DNA from: a virus
Lineage: Duplodnaviria; Caudoviricetes
Reading direction: 5' to 3' (one strand)
Length of the DNA stretch: 64,000 bases
IMG/VR virus record: IMGVR_UViG_3300010163_000006
Span: 91,672-155,671 of that record
Positions 40,635 to 51,806 of this stretch are shown here, one piece after another (the stretch's first letter is position 1; every line of letters begins with the position of its first letter). The notes under the pieces are model-generated. The model worked only from the letters and a program-made list of their open reading frames with translations. It was not told the DNA's origin and did not search any database. The position numbers and the translations under genes were made by a program.

Positions 40635-42137
40635 ATGGCTCACATAATTTTCAATTATGGTACCCAGGCTCAATTCAATGCGGTTGCGGCTAAGGACGTT
40701 GATGCATTGTATTTCATTACAGATACACAGAGAATATATAAGGGCGAAACCCTTATCTCTGATGCAACGGTAAGTCCTATTGAATTCGTGGATACAACTC
40801 CTACTGCTGAAACCGCGGTAGAGGGTAAGCTGTATGTTGTACCGAATGGAACAGATTCCGTATCTCTCTACACAAAGAAAGACGGGGAAATTATTCCCGT
40901 GAGCAGCGACGAAGTTGGTGACGGTGCCATCAAGAATCTTGATGCGTTTGCTGACGGAGTAATTCAAACATCAACTACGGAAACCGAAACGGGTGATCAA
41001 AAGATTCCCACGGTTGCTGCTGTTGAAGAAGCCATATCTACTCAACTTGCAGATTATGATTCTGCAATAGTTGACGTTGTGGCAACAAGAGCGGATGATA
41101 ATTCCGGAACCGTTCTTAAGTTCACCGCCAAGGATAGTACAGAAAAGTCTGTGACTATTGCTGATCTGTTCTTATCATCGGCATCGTATGATCCAACAAC
41201 CCACATCCTCTCACTCTCTGTTACTGGAGTAGAAACACCTGTTGAGGTGGATCTCGGCGATCTTATTCCAACATCTGCAACAACGTCAACCGTTGCTATG
41301 GCGCAGAATATAACAGTAACAACTCCTGTCGGAAATTTTAAGAAGGGTGATGTTATAGATATTACAGCTGTGACAAACCTTCAGGATTTCCTCACAAAGA
41401 TGCTTTGTCAGGATAGTAATCCTGTTGCCACACAACCATCTGCAACAATTACATTGACTAATGCTGGAGCTAAGGAAGTTGGTACAACATTTACTCCTTC
41501 ATGGGCCGTAACTCTTAATGCAGGTAAGTATGTAGCTAATGGAACGACGCAAGCATCTGGAGTAACTGCAACGGCATACACTGTTACCGACAATGATTCA
41601 CATTCTGCTGCAACGGCAACAGGATCTTTCGAAGCATTCACTGTACTTGATGCAACAGATTATTTTGTATCATGTTCAGTTGCTCATTCGGATGGTGATG
41701 TACCTAAGACATATCTTGGAACGGATTATCCCGCTGCACAGATCAAGGCCGGTACCAAGTCAGCTTCATCTACACATGTTACTGGATTCCGCCAGGGATT
41801 CTACGGTGCGCTTACATCCAAGGATGGAACTGTTGACTCTGCTCTCGTAAGAGGTCTTGTTGGTAAATCGAACAAGAAAGTTGCTAAAGGTCAGAAGTAC
41901 ACGATATCCGTTCCCGCAGGAACGTTGCGTGTCGTATTAGCATATGAGGCTTCTGTTGGGGCTGTCGCATCAATTACATCTGCTGAAGAGTTTGGATCTG
42001 AAATTAAGGATTCATTCGTAATGTCGGTTGTAAATGTTCTTGATGCTTCCGGCGATAATGGCAAGGATTATAGTGTTTATGTTAAGGACCTTGCCGGTGC
42101 ACAAGGTGCTACAACGACATACACTGTTACTATCTAA
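40635..42137 (+). CDS. Tail fibre/appendage protein
   Basis: N-term YGTQAQFNAVAAKDVDALYFITD module; Thr/Ala-rich beta C-term. Confidence 0.7.
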   Translation: MAHIIFNYGTQAQFNAVAAKDVDALYFITDTQRIYKGETLISDATVSPIEFVDTTPTAETAVEGKLYVVPNGTDSVSLYTKKDGEIIPVSSDEVGDGAIKNLDAFADGVIQTSTTETETGDQKIPTVAAVEEAISTQLADYDSAIVDVVATRADDNSGTVLKFTAKDSTEKSVTIADLFLSSASYDPTTHILSLSVTGVETPVEVDLGDLIPTSATTSTVAMAQNITVTTPVGNFKKGDVIDITAVTNLQDFLTKMLCQDSNPVATQPSATITLTNAGAKEVGTTFTPSWAVTLNAGKYVANGTTQASGVTATAYTVTDNDSHSAATATGSFEAFTVLDATDYFVSCSVAHSDGDVPKTYLGTDYPAAQIKAGTKSASSTHVTGFRQGFYGALTSKDGTVDSALVRGLVGKSNKKVAKGQKYTISVPAGTLRVVLAYEASVGAVASITSAEEFGSEIKDSFVMSVVNVLDASGDNGKDYSVYVKDLAGAQGATTTYTVTI

Positions 42138-42149
42138 GGAAAGGAGTAA

Positions 42150-43139
42150 ATGAAAATGGCTACTGGATTTAATCCTTCTCAAGTTAAATCAAAGCTTGGT
42201 TGGTCAAACTCGTTTGATCGCAATGCTGCTTTCCCCCTTGATATCAGCTCATGGTTTGGAACATATGAAGAAGCTGTTGCTGCAGCGGCTACTGCTGTTC
42301 AGGTTGGATCAACCGATTCTAAATACTACTTTGGTCAACAGGTATATGTATTCGATGGAACAACCGCAAACACATACCTCATCCAGGGTGACGGTACACT
42401 GAAAGAGATCGGTAGTAACGCAACACCGATGTTGTTTGTTGCCAACGAAGCAGCTATGCTTGCTGTATCCGATGTCAAACCCGGTCAACAGGTATACCGT
42501 GAAGATACAGGTACAATATGGCTGTTTAAAGGAAATGATCCTTCGAATATAGATAACTGGACTGAATCTGCTGCACAGAATGACACTGTTTGGCAAGGTA
42601 CAGAGAACAAAGTAAATTTCTATGCCCTTACGAGATCGGCATATGACGGTATAACAACAAAAGAGTCAAATACATTGTACTTTGTAACTGACGAAGGCAA
42701 GATCTTCAAGGGAACAACACAGATGACAACGTCTATTATTCCCGTTGAAACTATGCCTACATTAGACGATGCGGTTGCAAATATCATGTATCTCGATACA
42801 AAGACATTCTGCATTCAGGTGACATTTGACAATCAGAAATGGTATGTAATGTCACCTGGATATTTGACAGACGGAGCTAACTGGGCAAGTGCGGATTCAA
42901 ACAGATTTGCAACAATTGGACTCATCAAAGCCGGTATTACCGAGGCTTTAACTAACAAGGTCGACAAAGTTGTCGGAACTGTCGACAATCTCGTTGCATT
43001 CGATGCCGATGGAGCAATCAAAGATTCAGGTGTTAAGGTAGGAGGTGCTACATTTGCCGCGACACCTGATGAAAAGACATTGGCAACCGAAGCTGGTGTT
43101 GCAGACATTGTTTCATGGAAACAATTACCCAATGTCTAA
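42150..43139 (+). CDS. Tail fibre/appendage protein
   Basis: Internal TRSAYDGITTKESNTLYFVTD module; KVDK...DSG fibre motif. Confidence 0.65.
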   Translation: MKMATGFNPSQVKSKLGWSNSFDRNAAFPLDISSWFGTYEEAVAAAATAVQVGSTDSKYYFGQQVYVFDGTTANTYLIQGDGTLKEIGSNATPMLFVANEAAMLAVSDVKPGQQVYREDTGTIWLFKGNDPSNIDNWTESAAQNDTVWQGTENKVNFYALTRSAYDGITTKESNTLYFVTDEGKIFKGTTQMTTSIIPVETMPTLDDAVANIMYLDTKTFCIQVTFDNQKWYVMSPGYLTDGANWASADSNRFATIGLIKAGITEALTNKVDKVVGTVDNLVAFDADGAIKDSGVKVGGATFAATPDEKTLATEAGVADIVSWKQLPNV

Positions 43140-43166
43140 TAAATTATAAAAAGGGGATGATTTAAT

Positions 43167-45335
43167 ATGCCTAACACGAATTCAGTTATTCAGTTTAAGT
43201 ATGGTCTTCAGACTAACTTTGACGCAATCGCAGCCAAGGACGCCAACACTGTATACTTCACAACCGATGAACAGAGAATGTTTGTTGGAGACGTAGAATA
43301 TACACGTCCCGTTGGTCACGGCGATACTCTTCCTACGGGATACAATCCTCCTAACTCAATCTTCATTAAGGAACTTGCATCCGGTTCTCGCGAGCTTTAT
43401 TACAGCAAGGACGGTGCTGGTTGGGAACTGATAAGTTCTCTTCCCGCTGCTATTGCTGCTGGTGTTGTCGGTGCCAATGCATCTACTACACCTGCTCACG
43501 GCGGAAACATTACTATTCCTAAGATCACTTATGATGCACATGGTACAATCACTGATGCTGAAGATCAGACAATCAAGCTTCCGGGTGAAACGGCTGTAAG
43601 CGTTACAGCAGGAACAGAACCTACATCTGCAACAGCACTTACACATGGCGGGACTTTCACTGTTGTATCCGATGTGTCTAAGGGCTCCGGTTCACATACC
43701 GTTGTTGAGAAGCTTGCGAAGTTCCAGCTTCCTGAAGAGACTGGAATTACGGTAGATTCTCCTGCTGCTACAGCTGGTGGTGCTCTTACACATGGTGGTT
43801 CCATCACAGTTGTTACCGGTGTTACAAAGGGTGATTCTTCACACAATATCGATATCACAACTGAGACCTTTACACTTCCTACGGAAACAAGCGGAACTGG
43901 TTCTGTTACAGGCAGTGCAACATCATTTGTTAAAACTGTATCACTGGGAGGTCATAAGCTCTCTGGTACTGTACAAGCTGCTGATACGGACATTAAGACA
44001 GGTACAGGTATTCCTACAACTGCTGCTGTCAAGAACTACGTTGATGGTATCGTCGGTGCAAATGATGCAATGATATACAAGGGCGTCCTTGCGGCTACAG
44101 CTTCTGGAATCTATACACCTGCAGCTAATTGTGGTGACACATATAAAATATCTGCAGCAGGTAAGATAAATGGTCAGAACGTTGAAGTCGGTGACATGAT
44201 TATTTGTACGACCGATAATACTGCTGCAGCAACATCTTCCAATGTATCAACAATCAACGCTAACTGGAATATCATTCAGAAGAACATTGACGGTGCGCTT
44301 ATTAAGAGCGGTGCTTATACATCTGGACATGTTCTTATTGCCGATGGAACAACTGGTTCCGTTAAGGATTCTGGATTTACTCTTGGAATGAGCGTTCCTG
44401 CTGGTTCTAAACTTACTGATACTACTTACACACTCGCTGGTGCCCTCCAGTCTGATGGTACATTCAAGTCCACACTGACACCCAGTAATGGTTCTGCTAC
44501 TTCGGTAACCATTCCTATTATGACTGCTGCATCCGCATCTGCTGCAGGTAAGAGCGGTCTCGTTCCTGCTCCTGCTTCTGGCAAACAAGCATCATTCCTC
44601 CGTGGTGATGGAACATGGGCAACTCCTGCAAATACAACATACACCATTTCAGGAGCTAATGCTGATGCTGGATACACAGGAACCTTGAAACCCAGTAGCG
44701 GAAGCTCAACAACATTCACCATTCCGATTATGGGTGCCGCTACAGCTGATGCAGCTGGCACACAGGGTCTCGTTCCTCCCCCTGCTGCAGGTAAGCAGAC
44801 GGCGTTCCTCAGAGGAGATGGTACATGGGTAGTTCCTACTAATACAACATATGCTGCTGATAGAGGCATCTCTCTTGTAAGCGGTAAGTTCGGACACTCC
44901 AATGCCGCGATTACTGCAAATACATCAGGTCTCAATACAGCTAAGACTCTTGAATGGGGTAAGGCGGTTACACTTAATACCATAAAATATGATGCATATG
45001 GTCATATTTCTGGTACAGCAACTTACACACTTACAATGCCCGCTAATCCTAACGTCGATACAAAGGTAACGTCAACAGCTGCAACTACAGGTACACTGTA
45101 TCTTACAGGTGTTGCTGCTGCAGGAAACGGTGGTGTATCAATTGTAAATGCATCAGGTAAGGCCGTATCAGTGAACGCAGCAACCGGTGCTGTAACTGCT
45201 GGTGGTGGATTCGTTGGTAATCTTACAGGTAAGGCAACAAAGGCAACACAGGATGCCGCTGGAAATGTTATCACTGAAACATATGCGACGAAGGATGAAC
45301 TTACCGACGTTGCACTCGTATGGGGAAGTTTTTAA
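43167..45335 (+). CDS. Tail fibre protein
   Basis: Repeated GLVPAP...FLRGDGTW and YDAxGxI fibre motifs. Confidence 0.8.
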   Translation: MPNTNSVIQFKYGLQTNFDAIAAKDANTVYFTTDEQRMFVGDVEYTRPVGHGDTLPTGYNPPNSIFIKELASGSRELYYSKDGAGWELISSLPAAIAAGVVGANASTTPAHGGNITIPKITYDAHGTITDAEDQTIKLPGETAVSVTAGTEPTSATALTHGGTFTVVSDVSKGSGSHTVVEKLAKFQLPEETGITVDSPAATAGGALTHGGSITVVTGVTKGDSSHNIDITTETFTLPTETSGTGSVTGSATSFVKTVSLGGHKLSGTVQAADTDIKTGTGIPTTAAVKNYVDGIVGANDAMIYKGVLAATASGIYTPAANCGDTYKISAAGKINGQNVEVGDMIICTTDNTAAATSSNVSTINANWNIIQKNIDGALIKSGAYTSGHVLIADGTTGSVKDSGFTLGMSVPAGSKLTDTTYTLAGALQSDGTFKSTLTPSNGSATSVTIPIMTAASASAAGKSGLVPAPASGKQASFLRGDGTWATPANTTYTISGANADAGYTGTLKPSSGSSTTFTIPIMGAATADAAGTQGLVPPPAAGKQTAFLRGDGTWVVPTNTTYAADRGISLVSGKFGHSNAAITANTSGLNTAKTLEWGKAVTLNTIKYDAYGHISGTATYTLTMPANPNVDTKVTSTAATTGTLYLTGVAAAGNGGVSIVNASGKAVSVNAATGAVTAGGGFVGNLTGKATKATQDAAGNVITETYATKDELTDVALVWGSF

Positions 45336-45436
45336 TTAAGAAAAACTGAACATACGCTAATTATAATCCAGGGTGGTCCCCGGCAAGGGGACCATCTTGA
45401 TATTATAAAAATCTTTAGGGAGGTAAAATAATAATC

Positions 45437-48400
45437 ATGGCTAACGAAAAAGTCATATTTAAAAGAGGTCCATCATCGGCTCTTCCAACAACAAAAGTCG
45501 CTGGAACAATTCTGATTGACACAACAACTGGAAACGCATACCTCGATGATAGTTCAACCTCTCGAATTCAGTTAAAGGACAGCACAAAGTTACCCGTCAA
45601 TGGTAATGCTGCGTCTGCCACTAAGTGGAATACAGCACGTAATATCAATGGTTTATCCATTGATGGAACAGCAAACAGAACCAATTATGGAACGTGTTCT
45701 ACTGCGGCTGGTACTGCCGCTAAAGTTGTTGCATGCACTGGATTTGCTCTCGTGACTGGCGCTGAAATAACGGTAAAATTTACTGTCACAAATACAGCAC
45801 CATCTCCAACTTTAAATGTTAATAGTACTGGTGCAAAAGCCATATATTACAGGGGGGCAGCAATTTCTGCCGGATACCTCGCCGCCAATAGGACATATAC
45901 ATTCCGTTACAACGGAACACAATACGAACTCGTAGGCGATATCAATACAGATAGTAATACCACATATTCAGCAGCAACACAATCTGCTGCAGGTCTTATG
46001 TCTGCTGCTGATAAAACCAAACTCGATGGAATCGCTACAGGTGCAAATAAATACACCCATCCAACCACCGCCGGAAACAAGCACATTCCTGCGGGTGGAT
46101 CCAGTGGACAAATTCTCAGATGGAGTGCTGATGGTACTGCCGTATGGGGTAATGATAATAATACAACATATACCAACTTTGTTAAATCTGGTAGTGGTGC
46201 AAAGGCGGGTCTTGTTCCGGCTCCATCTACTACTGCTGGTACAACGAAGTACCTTAGAGAAGATGGAACATGGTCAGTTCCTCCCAATACAAATACAGAT
46301 ACTAAGGTCACACAAAACAATGTAACGGATGCAAATGATTACAGAATATTGCTATCTAATTCTGCTAATGATACAAACGAAACAAACGTTGCAAAGAAGT
46401 CGACCAAGCTACAATTCAATCCTTCTACCGGAGCTCTGTATTCTGCTGGTTATAACAGAATCAATATAACCGATAAAACAGTTGACGTAAACACTTATAC
46501 CCTCGCAAGTGGTGAGCCACATATCCAGCGTTATATTAATATAACAAATGCCGGTGCCACAAATATTACCAATATCCCTGTTAAAAATTTACCTTTCATT
46601 TTGGATGTTGAATTGATTCGATGGGCTTCTGCGACTGATTATATTACAAGACAGACATTTAGAAATGTCAATTCGGAATATGAAAGAACATATTCATCAG
46701 GAACATGGAGCGCATGGACAAAGAAAAAATTCACTGACACAACATATACAGCATTGAAGAATCCCTATGCTATTACTATTCAGGGAAATGGAACTTCATT
46801 AGGAACATATGATGGTTCTGCCGCAAAAACAATAAACATTACTCCTGAATCAATTGGTGCATCTGCTACTTCACATACCCATAGCTATTTACCATTATCC
46901 GGCGGAACAATAACTTCTTCAAACTTCGGTCCATTGATAATAAAAAGAACAACTAAAAATTTTGCGTCTCTAAGGTTTGAAAACTCCAATGGTGTACTCG
47001 GTTCGATAGGAATGAGTGATGTTGATGGTGACTTATACAAACACCCATCTGCACAAACCACAGCATCTTATAAAATACTTGATACGTCTAATACTTCTTT
47101 CACATCAACACTTACAAGTGGAACCAAAATAGGAACCCTTAAGATTGGTGGAACTTCGACAGATATCTATTGTCAAACGAATACTAATACAGATACCAAA
47201 GTAACACAAAGCAACATCACAGAAAACTATGATTTTAGGTTGATATTATCCAATGCAGCAAACGATACAAATGAAACAACTGGTGTTAAGAAATCAGCGA
47301 AATTCAAAGCGAACCCATCAACGGGAAATCTCACCGCTACTAAATTTACAGGATCTGGAGCAGGTCTGACGTCTTTGAATGCTTCTAATCTGTCATCAGG
47401 AACGGTACCGATTGCACGTATACCTACCGGAACATCATCAGCATCTGTTGCTTTAGGCAATCATACTCACAGTTATTTGCCTCTGGCCGGTGGCACTATG
47501 ACAGGACAAATCAAGTTTAATACCGGAACAAAAACATCTATACCAGTCAAAGTTGTTGATGGTGATGCAAACGGACAAATGCTTGTCATAGGTGGTACAG
47601 GAGGATTAACACTTGTTGGTGGCGGTGAATCTGCTGCCAGTCTTGAAGGTCTTGTAACATCTGAGGCAGGTTTACCTTCACCTGTAAACGCATCATCCAA
47701 GATTAGTAAAACGACAGAAAGCTTGATACTATCGGGTGATTCCGATGTATGGATCATGACCAACTGTAATACGATCGCCAACAGGAAGGCTATGGTGTTC
47801 ACATCAGGAGGTCATTTTTATCCATGCACAACTAACGCGAGCAGTTTAGGTACATCAACATACAAATGGGCTAATGCATATGCTACGACATTCCATGGTG
47901 CGTTAGATGGCAATGCAAGCACAGCATCATCTGCTGCTAAGCTTACAACGGCAAGGAATATAGATGGAGTTTCATTCAATGGTTCAGCAAGTATAATTCA
48001 TTACGGCACATGTTCTACAGCAGCCGCTACGGTTGAAAAGGTGGTTGATTGTCCGGGGTTTGTTATTCTTTCAGGTGCAAAAATAACTGTAAGATTCTCA
48101 GTCACAAATACTGCAGCAAATCCTACGCTGAATGTTAATGGAACTGGAGCAAAACCAATCTATTATAGAAATGCTGCTATAAGCGCTGGATATCTTGCAG
48201 CGAACCGAATATACACATTCGTGTATGACGGTGCTCAATATGAACTCGTTGGCGACGTCAATACCAATACTGACACTAAAGTGACAGCAACCAATCTTAA
48301 CGTAACATCATCTTCGAATTATGGTATCATAAGGCCGTTATTGATTGCAGCGTCTAATGCAAATCCAAGTAATACTACTGGTACTGTTGGTGCTATCCCA

Positions 48401-49003
48401 AACGCATCAACATGTACAACATATACCGGTGGTGTGAATATGTGTGGTGGTCTATATGTTAAAACTAATTATTGGACCAATGGTGGAAGCGGTTCATACT
48501 GTGAGTTACATGTTCCAAATGGAACAGTAAATGCCCGATATCTCAACGGTATTGCAAGCAGCGCGTCAAAGCTTAATACTGCAAGAACGATTAATGGAGT
48601 TTCTTTCGATGGAAGCAATAATATAACACTGACAAAGTGTTTATATAGTGGATCGGGATCTAACAAGGTTGAGTTAACGGATGATTGGACAAATTATGAT
48701 TCTCTTATCATCATATGTGACCCATATGGTGGTGCTACGCGTGTGACATTATTCCATCACATCTCAAATGGGTCAGGCACAAACATATATGTTCGTCATC
48801 CGTTTGTAACATATCCAAACCCGTCACAAAACGGATCAACCTCGGTCTCGTTAGGAAACGTATTAACGTCATTATCGGGCACGAATACCGTTGGTATCAG
48901 CGCGTCAGATGTTTTGATGACCGCAAAGGGTTCAACAGCAAATGCATCAGCTGTTGCTTATTCGCCCAAAATCTACGAAGTTTATGGTTTGAAGTACTCG
49001 TAA
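45437..49003 (+). CDS. Long tail fibre / receptor-binding protein
   Basis: TARxIxGVSFDGS, GLMSAADKTKLDGIA, HTHSYLPLxGGT motifs and two internal domain duplications. Confidence 0.85.
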   Translation: MANEKVIFKRGPSSALPTTKVAGTILIDTTTGNAYLDDSSTSRIQLKDSTKLPVNGNAASATKWNTARNINGLSIDGTANRTNYGTCSTAAGTAAKVVACTGFALVTGAEITVKFTVTNTAPSPTLNVNSTGAKAIYYRGAAISAGYLAANRTYTFRYNGTQYELVGDINTDSNTTYSAATQSAAGLMSAADKTKLDGIATGANKYTHPTTAGNKHIPAGGSSGQILRWSADGTAVWGNDNNTTYTNFVKSGSGAKAGLVPAPSTTAGTTKYLREDGTWSVPPNTNTDTKVTQNNVTDANDYRILLSNSANDTNETNVAKKSTKLQFNPSTGALYSAGYNRINITDKTVDVNTYTLASGEPHIQRYINITNAGATNITNIPVKNLPFILDVELIRWASATDYITRQTFRNVNSEYERTYSSGTWSAWTKKKFTDTTYTALKNPYAITIQGNGTSLGTYDGSAAKTINITPESIGASATSHTHSYLPLSGGTITSSNFGPLIIKRTTKNFASLRFENSNGVLGSIGMSDVDGDLYKHPSAQTTASYKILDTSNTSFTSTLTSGTKIGTLKIGGTSTDIYCQTNTNTDTKVTQSNITENYDFRLILSNAANDTNETTGVKKSAKFKANPSTGNLTATKFTGSGAGLTSLNASNLSSGTVPIARIPTGTSSASVALGNHTHSYLPLAGGTMTGQIKFNTGTKTSIPVKVVDGDANGQMLVIGGTGGLTLVGGGESAASLEGLVTSEAGLPSPVNASSKISKTTESLILSGDSDVWIMTNCNTIANRKAMVFTSGGHFYPCTTNASSLGTSTYKWANAYATTFHGALDGNASTASSAAKLTTARNIDGVSFNGSASIIHYGTCSTAAATVEKVVDCPGFVILSGAKITVRFSVTNTAANPTLNVNGTGAKPIYYRNAAISAGYLAANRIYTFVYDGAQYELVGDVNTNTDTKVTATNLNVTSSSNYGIIRPLLIAASNANPSNTTGTVGAIPNASTCTTYTGGVNMCGGLYVKTNYWTNGGSGSYCELHVPNGTVNARYLNGIASSASKLNTARTINGVSFDGSNNITLTKCLYSGSGSNKVELTDDWTNYDSLIIICDPYGGATRVTLFHHISNGSGTNIYVRHPFVTYPNPSQNGSTSVSLGNVLTSLSGTNTVGISASDVLMTAKGSTANASAVAYSPKIYEVYGLKYS

Positions 49004-49021
49004 TGAAAGGAATGAAAATAT

Positions 49022-49912
49022 ATGTATATCAGAACAGACGATGATCACAATATCGTTGAATTGATATTTATCGGTGGAATGCCTGAGAATAATGGGTTTG
49101 AAATCGATGATAATATTTCCGAGGATATCATTAATGATATCCTCGATTATAAATACATCGATGGCAAATTCATTCATCGCGAACCAATCGACCGATATCA
49201 GGAAAACATCGAAACAATTCGTTCAATCAAGATAAATCAAATGAGTTCGATTTGTCATTCTCTTATCGAACAAGGTATCGATGTCAACGGTTCCCATTAT
49301 TCTCTTACAGCAAACGATCAGATTGAGTTGATTAAACTTGAATCGATTGCAAGAATGTCCCCAGAGACACCAATTTTCTATCATGCTGACGGAGAAAAAT
49401 GTAGAATGTATTCAGCTGAGGAATTCCTTCAGATTTCTACAACCGCTCTTGGTTGGATTACGTACAACAGAACGTATTTCAACCTGCTTAAATCCGAGAT
49501 AAATGAGTTACAAAACGCTCATGATATCATCGCGATCAACTATGGAAACCCACTTAATGAAGCTAATAACAATACATTGACCACAATAATGGGTGGGGTA
49601 ACGATCAGTTGCCCAATAGTAAATGACGAATTCGATTACGATTCGTTATTCATGAAAGTCGATATAAGTTCACTTCCGCGAGAACCAGTTCCTGAGCCTG
49701 TATTGGAAGAAGAGAATCCCATTACAGATCAGCCGGTAATTCCTGATGCAAATGATGACACACCTGCAGAACCCATTATTCCTGATGAAACTGGAGAAAC
49801 GATAGAAACCGAACAACCAATCATGCCTGACATAAATGATGGAACAACAGATTCATCTGTTGTTGATAATGGTGGTGATAACAATGAGGAAGTCAATAAC
49901 AACGCTTCTTAA
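49022..49912 (+). CDS. Tail fibre assembly/chaperone-like protein (DUF4376-like)
   Basis: Follows the fibre gene; HYSLTANDQ...YHADGEKCRMYS...TYFNLLK pattern. Confidence 0.6.
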   Translation: MYIRTDDDHNIVELIFIGGMPENNGFEIDDNISEDIINDILDYKYIDGKFIHREPIDRYQENIETIRSIKINQMSSICHSLIEQGIDVNGSHYSLTANDQIELIKLESIARMSPETPIFYHADGEKCRMYSAEEFLQISTTALGWITYNRTYFNLLKSEINELQNAHDIIAINYGNPLNEANNNTLTTIMGGVTISCPIVNDEFDYDSLFMKVDISSLPREPVPEPVLEEENPITDQPVIPDANDDTPAEPIIPDETGETIETEQPIMPDINDGTTDSSVVDNGGDNNEEVNNNAS

Positions 49913-50324
49913 GGAGATAATCTTATTCTGTTTAGGAGGATTCGTTTATGTAGGCATCGAATTGCTTGCGCGAGGATTTTCCCATTGGTCGATGTTTATT
50001 GTCGGTGGACTGTGTTTCATCTCGATAGGTTTGATTAATGAACACTATGAATGGGATATACCGATTCAATGGCAATGCCTGTGGGGAGCATCGATAATAA
50101 CGTGGTTGGAATTAGAATCCGGTCTCATAGTAAATATAATCCTCCAATGGAATGTGTGGGACTATTCAGATCGGCCATTTAATTTGATGGGTCAGATATG
50201 TTTACATCATTCAATTTGTTACTGGATACCCCTATCATTAGTCGCTATCATTGTTGATGACCTTATTCGATATATGTTCTTCAATGAAGAATTCCCACAT
50301 TATTGCCTAAAGAAGAAAAAATAA
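49884..50324 (+). CDS. Membrane protein, putative ABC-permease-like (DUF1113/CmpB-like) family
   Basis: GGFVYVGIELLARGFSHWSMFIVGG...VWDYSDRPFNLMGQICL. Confidence 0.7.
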   Translation: MRKSITTLLKEIILFCLGGFVYVGIELLARGFSHWSMFIVGGLCFISIGLINEHYEWDIPIQWQCLWGASIITWLELESGLIVNIILQWNVWDYSDRPFNLMGQICLHHSICYWIPLSLVAIIVDDLIRYMFFNEEFPHYCLKKKK

Positions 50325-50332
50325 TAACATAA

Positions 50333-50358
50333 TATGACGGGGCAATTGCCCCGTCATA
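50333..50358. terminator. Bidirectional terminator
   Basis: Palindrome tatgacggggcaa/ttgccccgtcata. Confidence 0.75.
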
Positions 50359-50369
50359 ATTTATTTAAA

Positions 50370-51755
50370 TCAAATCTCTATAAGCTCAAAACCATTCGGT
50401 TGCTCGGCAAATACGGTACCGAGACATGGTGTGTTAAGGCCTTTGACGTAAAGACGCCATAAAGTATCAAAACCGACATATATCATACCCGGATCAGTTC
50501 TCACGGAATTAATATGTGTAACCGCACAACAACGTACACACTTTCTTGGAACATGAGAACTGGTGATATATGCAGTCTCACCCTGTTTCATTCCAGAAAC
50601 AAAACATTCATTTTCTTTTAAATCTCTTACCCCTATAATTAATGCCGCTGATGCGTAGAGAGGTGTATCTAAGATAAGTTCATCTAAGATCGGTTTCGCA
50701 TCCTCCGTAGTTATCTTGGTATTGGTGTCTGTAATCCATTTTGTGGTAGGTGGTGCAATATGATATCCAATCACTACTTTGTCCGAGTCCGTGGCTTTCA
50801 AACCTTCAAGTCCTTTCCCGGTGTTCCCAGGTTGAACTGGATTTACTGGTGGTTGTGGATCATCTCGGTCAATTAAATAACTATCCAGAATAGAAATTAA
50901 CTTTTGTTCATCTTCCTTGGGATAGCTAAAATCACCCAAATGTGAATTTCCTTCTGTAGATTGAATTTTAATGCCATGTTTCTCACCAATCTCGTTAACC
51001 ATTAGCTTCATGTCTCTATGTTCAGCCAGTTTTTTGAATAGCTTTCTCAGGGTATCGTATTTATCTGCAAGAGACTTCATATCAGCAAGCATTTCTTTTA
51101 CTTGTTCATCTGTTAAGACATACGGACTTGGTTTGTCTTTGACTGTTCCCACGGTATTTTCTCCCGGTATATGATTTCTATCGGGAAATTTTAGAATCAA
51201 CGAGTTACCGTACTTGATTGATTCACCACCGGGGATCTTGTTGTCATTGTTGATAACAAGTTTCGGGGGGAGTTCAGTAACCATTTTAATGGCGGCCTTG
51301 GCGAATTGTGTGAGATTTTTTCGGAATTCAGATGAGGATGGAAAACGCAAAGGAATAACACGAACAAGCAAAGATTCACATAGCATACCCACATGATTCA
51401 TTATGTTCGTAATCAAACACTCAAAATCATGAACGACCGACATCTCATCTCGGAGTTGTGACGTTTTTGTATAGAGCGCATCGACAATATTGACCTTAAA
51501 CGTTTCTTCCGCAATGTGACTTAAGCCGATAAATTTTTCAACATCATACAATTTCCCATCCGATTTGACGTATACCATACTACGATATCTGATTTTGCCG
51601 GTGTTTTGATGTTGGAATATTCCCAGGAGTATTCCATATTCAAGCCAACATTCATTGGTTTCAGTGTCGTATAATCCCATTGGGATTGATACGATGCTAC
51701 CATCCACATCTTTGCGATTCGAATCGATCCTGTGTTCGAGTGTAATTATTTTCAT
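50370..51755 (-). CDS. Hypothetical protein
   Basis: 461 aa, GGAGG RBS. Confidence 0.7.
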   Translation of the reverse strand: MKIITLEHRIDSNRKDVDGSIVSIPMGLYDTETNECWLEYGILLGIFQHQNTGKIRYRSMVYVKSDGKLYDVEKFIGLSHIAEETFKVNIVDALYTKTSQLRDEMSVVHDFECLITNIMNHVGMLCESLLVRVIPLRFPSSSEFRKNLTQFAKAAIKMVTELPPKLVINNDNKIPGGESIKYGNSLILKFPDRNHIPGENTVGTVKDKPSPYVLTDEQVKEMLADMKSLADKYDTLRKLFKKLAEHRDMKLMVNEIGEKHGIKIQSTEGNSHLGDFSYPKEDEQKLISILDSYLIDRDDPQPPVNPVQPGNTGKGLEGLKATDSDKVVIGYHIAPPTTKWITDTNTKITTEDAKPILDELILDTPLYASAALIIGVRDLKENECFVSGMKQGETAYITSSHVPRKCVRCCAVTHINSVRTDPGMIYVGFDTLWRLYVKGLNTPCLGTVFAEQPNGFELIEI

Positions 51756-51806
51756 GATTTTCCTCCATTATATTATTTATGATAAATAGACATCTTTGAC
51801 GTAGAA

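Noticed and set aside
45437-49003. Diversity-generating retroelement or invertible tail-fibre cassette
   Set aside because: No reverse transcriptase or invertase in the window; duplicated domains differ at all base types, not only adenines
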